Origin: Malacoraja senta
Taxonomy: Eukaryota
Direction of reading: 5' to 3'
NCBI GenBank assembly: GCA_038087875.1
Contig: CM075978.1
Location: forward strand, 42,594,001 to 42,658,000
Length of the DNA: 64,000 nt
Translations under genes and position numbers: made by a program
In this document: positions 61,263 to 64,000 of the stretch, piece by piece
How positions within the stretch are numbered: position 1 is the stretch's first letter
Layout of the letters: each line of letters opens with the position of its first letter
The notes under the pieces: generated by a model
What the model was told of the DNA's origin: nothing
The model's database searches: none
The model's input: only the letters and a program-made list of their open reading frames with translations

Positions 61263-62620
61263 GTCAATGGCAATGAAGTGCTTTGATAGGTTGGTTATGG
61301 GGCATATCAACTATCTCAGCAAGATCCTGGACCCACCACAATCTGCTTATCATCACAATAGATCAATGGGCATATGATCTTGCTGGCTCTCCACTGGCCC
61401 ACGTGGACAATAAGAACAAGTATGTCAGGCTGTTGTTCATTGACTACAGCTTGAAGTTCAACCACATCATACCCTCCAAACTTGTTATCAAACTTAGGGA
61501 ACTGGATCTCTGCAATTTCAATACAACTTCAATTTCCTCTCCAACACACCACAATCAGTACAAATTGTCAACAACACTTCCTTCTTGATAACTATCAGCA
61601 CAGGAGCACCTCAGGCCTGTGTGCTGAGTCCCTTGCTCTATTCACTTTATACTCATGACTGTGTTGCCAGACACAGTTCTAACGCTGTCTTTAAATTTGT
61701 CGATGACACCATCGTTGTTGGACAAATTACAGGTAATCTTGAGTTGAAGTATATAAGGGAGATTGATAATCTGACCGAATGGCGCCTGAACAACCACCAT
61801 GCTCTCAACGTCTGCAAGACCAAGGAGCTGAGAGGTGACTTTAGAAAAGGGAAGCTGAGGATCAACAAACCAATCTTCATCAATGGGTCAGTGACAGAGA
61901 GAGTCAACAACTTCAAATTCCTGGGTGTACATATCTCTGAAGAACAGGCCGGAACCCAGCACGTTGATGCAATCATAAAGAAAGCCCATCGACGCGTCTT
62001 CAATCATGAGACAGGGTACAGGAAAGAGATAGAGAATTTAGTAACATGATGTCAGGACAATAACCTCTCCCTCAATGTCAGCAAGATGAAGGAACTAGTT
62101 ATCGACTTTAAGAAGCATGCTGGAGTACATGCTCCAATCAGCATCAATGGTGTTGACGTGGAAATGGTTCAGAGGTACGAGTTCTTTGGCATTAATATTA
62201 TCTGTTGTGGACCAACCACATTGACGAAACAGCCAAGAAGACACAACATTGCCTCTACTTCCTCAGGAGACTGAGGAAATTTAGCATGTCTCCCTGACTC
62301 ACACATACTTTTACACCTATTGGGTTACAAACGCTTGGTTTGGGAACAGCTCTGCTGGCAAGAAATTGCAGACAGTTGTAGATGTAGCCCAGACCATCAC
62401 TTAGACCAGACCTCCCACTATTGACTCCATCTGCACTTCATGCTGCCTCGAATAAGCAGCCAACATAATCAAATACTTGTCCCACCCCAGTCATTCCTTT
62501 GTCTCCCTGTTCACATCCGGCAGAAGGCACAGAAGTCTGAAAGCACGTAAAGTTCTTGCAGACACTGGAACAACTTCTTCCCCTCTGTTATCAGGCTTCT
62601 GAACGGTTCTTCCATAATAA
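61261..62620 (+). mobile_element. Rex1/Babar-like RT pseudogene, two overlapping segments in tandem
   Basis: MKCFDRLV, YVRLLFIDYS, TGAPQACVLSPLLYSLYTHDC, FKFVDDT; the YRxEIxNL...KELVIDF segment occurs twice. Confidence 0.85.
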
Positions 62621-62635
62621 ACCTAAACCTTAGAT

Positions 62636-62960
62636 CAGGGGTCACCAAACTATGGCCACATCCGGCAAGATTTTATCCGGCCCGCAGCAAGGCGTCGAGT
62701 CGATTCGAGTTGGGGGAGCACGGTGGCACGGAGTTGCTCTTAGTGTTGTTACCAGGTAGGTCCCTCAAATTGTCTGAGCCGAGACATCACAGGGCCATCG
62801 TGAAGAAGGGTGCAATGGGGGGGGGGGAGGGGGGCGGGGGGGGGAGGGGGTTGTTCGGCGGCGGCCAGAACGGGTCGGTGGCAGGGGCAGGGGGCGGTGT
62901 TCGGCGGCGGTCAGAATGGGTTGGCGGCACGTTATAACGTGCGATCGTTCGTATCTGCCC
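62636..62960 (+). mobile_element. hAT (Charlie-like) non-autonomous element, left end
   Basis: CAGGGGTCACCAAACTATGGCC...TTTATCCGGCCCGC, preceded by ccttagat; the other end is not seen. Confidence 0.6.
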
Positions 62961-63378
62961 TCTCTCTCTCCCCACTATCCGCTCTCTGCCATCTTGCTCT
63001 CTGTCCTCTCTCCCCTTCTCGCTTTGTCCTCTCTCCCCTCTCTTCCCCTCTCTGTCCTCTCTCCCTTCTCTACCCCCTCTCTATCTGCCCTCTCTCCCTT
63101 CTCTGCTCCCTGCCCTCTCCCATCTCTGCCCTCTCTCTCTCCCCTCTCTGCCCTCTCTCTCTCTCTCTCCCCTCTCTGCCCTCGCTCTCTCTCCCCTCTC
63201 TCTCTGTCCCCTCTCTCTCCCCTCTCTCCCCTCTCTGCCCTCTCTCTCTCTCTCCGCCTCTCTCTCTCTCTCCCTCTGCCTTTCTCTCTCTCACTCTCTG
63301 CCTCTCTCTCTGCCTCCCTGCCTCCCTCTGCCTCTCTGCCGCTCTCTGCCTCTCTCTCTGCCTCTCTCTCTCTCTCTC
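62955..63378 (+). repeat. (CT)-rich polypyrimidine microsatellite
   Basis: About 420 bp of ctctctctgcc/ccctct repeats. Confidence 0.95.
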
Positions 63379-64000
63379 TAACAGGATCGGTCTGAGTCAG
63401 CATGGATTTACAAAGGGGGAAATCATGCTTGACTAATCTTCTGGAATTTTTTGAGGATATAACTAGGAATATGGACAAGGGAGAGCCAGTGGATGTAGTG
63501 TACCTGGACTTTCAGAAAGCATTTGACAAGGTACCACATAGGAGATTAGTGGGCAAAATAAAGGCACATGGTATTGGGGTAGGGTGCTGACATGGATAGA
63601 AAATTAGTTGGCAGACACGAAACGAAGAGTAGGGATTAACGGGTCCCTTTCAGAATGGCAGGCAGTGACTAGTGGGGTACCACAAGGCTTGGTGCCGGGA
63701 CCACAGCTATTTACAATATACATCAATGATTTAGATGAAGGGATTCAAAGTAACATTAGCAAATTGACAGATGACACAAAGCTGGGTGGTAGTGTGAACT
63801 GTGAGGAGGATGCTATCAGAATGCAGAGTGCTTTGGACAGGTTGGTTGAGTGGGCAGAAGCATGGCAGATGCAGTTTAATGTGGATAAATGTGAGGTTAT
63901 CCACTTTGGTAGCAAAAACAGGAAGGCAGATTACTATCTAAATAGTGTCAAGTTGGGAAAAGGGGAAGTACAATGGGATCTGGGGTTCCTTGTTCATCAG
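63378..64000 (+). mobile_element. CR1 RT, same subfamily as 47450-49120, running off the window
   Basis: GKSCLTNLLEFFEDITRNMDKGEPVDVVYLDFQKAFDKVPHRRL. Confidence 0.93.

Noticed and set aside
62810-63478. Long Leu/Ser-rich and Arg/Glu-rich ORFs
   Set aside because: Translation of the CT microsatellite.
35549-64000. RASGRP1 exons 1-2 and promoter
   Set aside because: No match to the expected LGHLAKGASLDDLI...CIQSF exon was found by eye; probably beyond the window.

Overview
This is vertebrate genomic DNA, most likely from a cartilaginous fish such as a skate or ray. That assignment is an inference from the dense CR1/HER1-like LINEs, HE1/V-SINE-like SINEs and Penelope elements. The window holds ten consecutive coding exons (1318 nt in total) of RASGRP1 on the minus strand, corresponding to human exons 3-12 (REM, CDC25, linker and EF-hand 1); exon numbering follows my recollection of the human gene. 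Exons 1-2 and 13 onward lie outside the window. The intron between exons 3 and 4 is a minor-spliceosome (U12) AT-AC intron. The introns are filled with decayed retroelements (CR1, L2, L1, Rex1/Babar, Penelope, SINEs) and a few DNA elements: a PIF/Harbinger MITE, a non-autonomous Helitron-like element and a hAT end. The three most unusual observations are: (i) a family of short, TSD-flanked Penelope-derived inserts carrying a minimal hammerhead-ribozyme motif; (ii) a perfect 59-bp inverted local copy that brackets the in-frame exon 11; and (iii) several other locally templated insertions and inversions, including a forward-inverted-forward triplication. TE boundaries are approximate; exon boundaries were read base by base.
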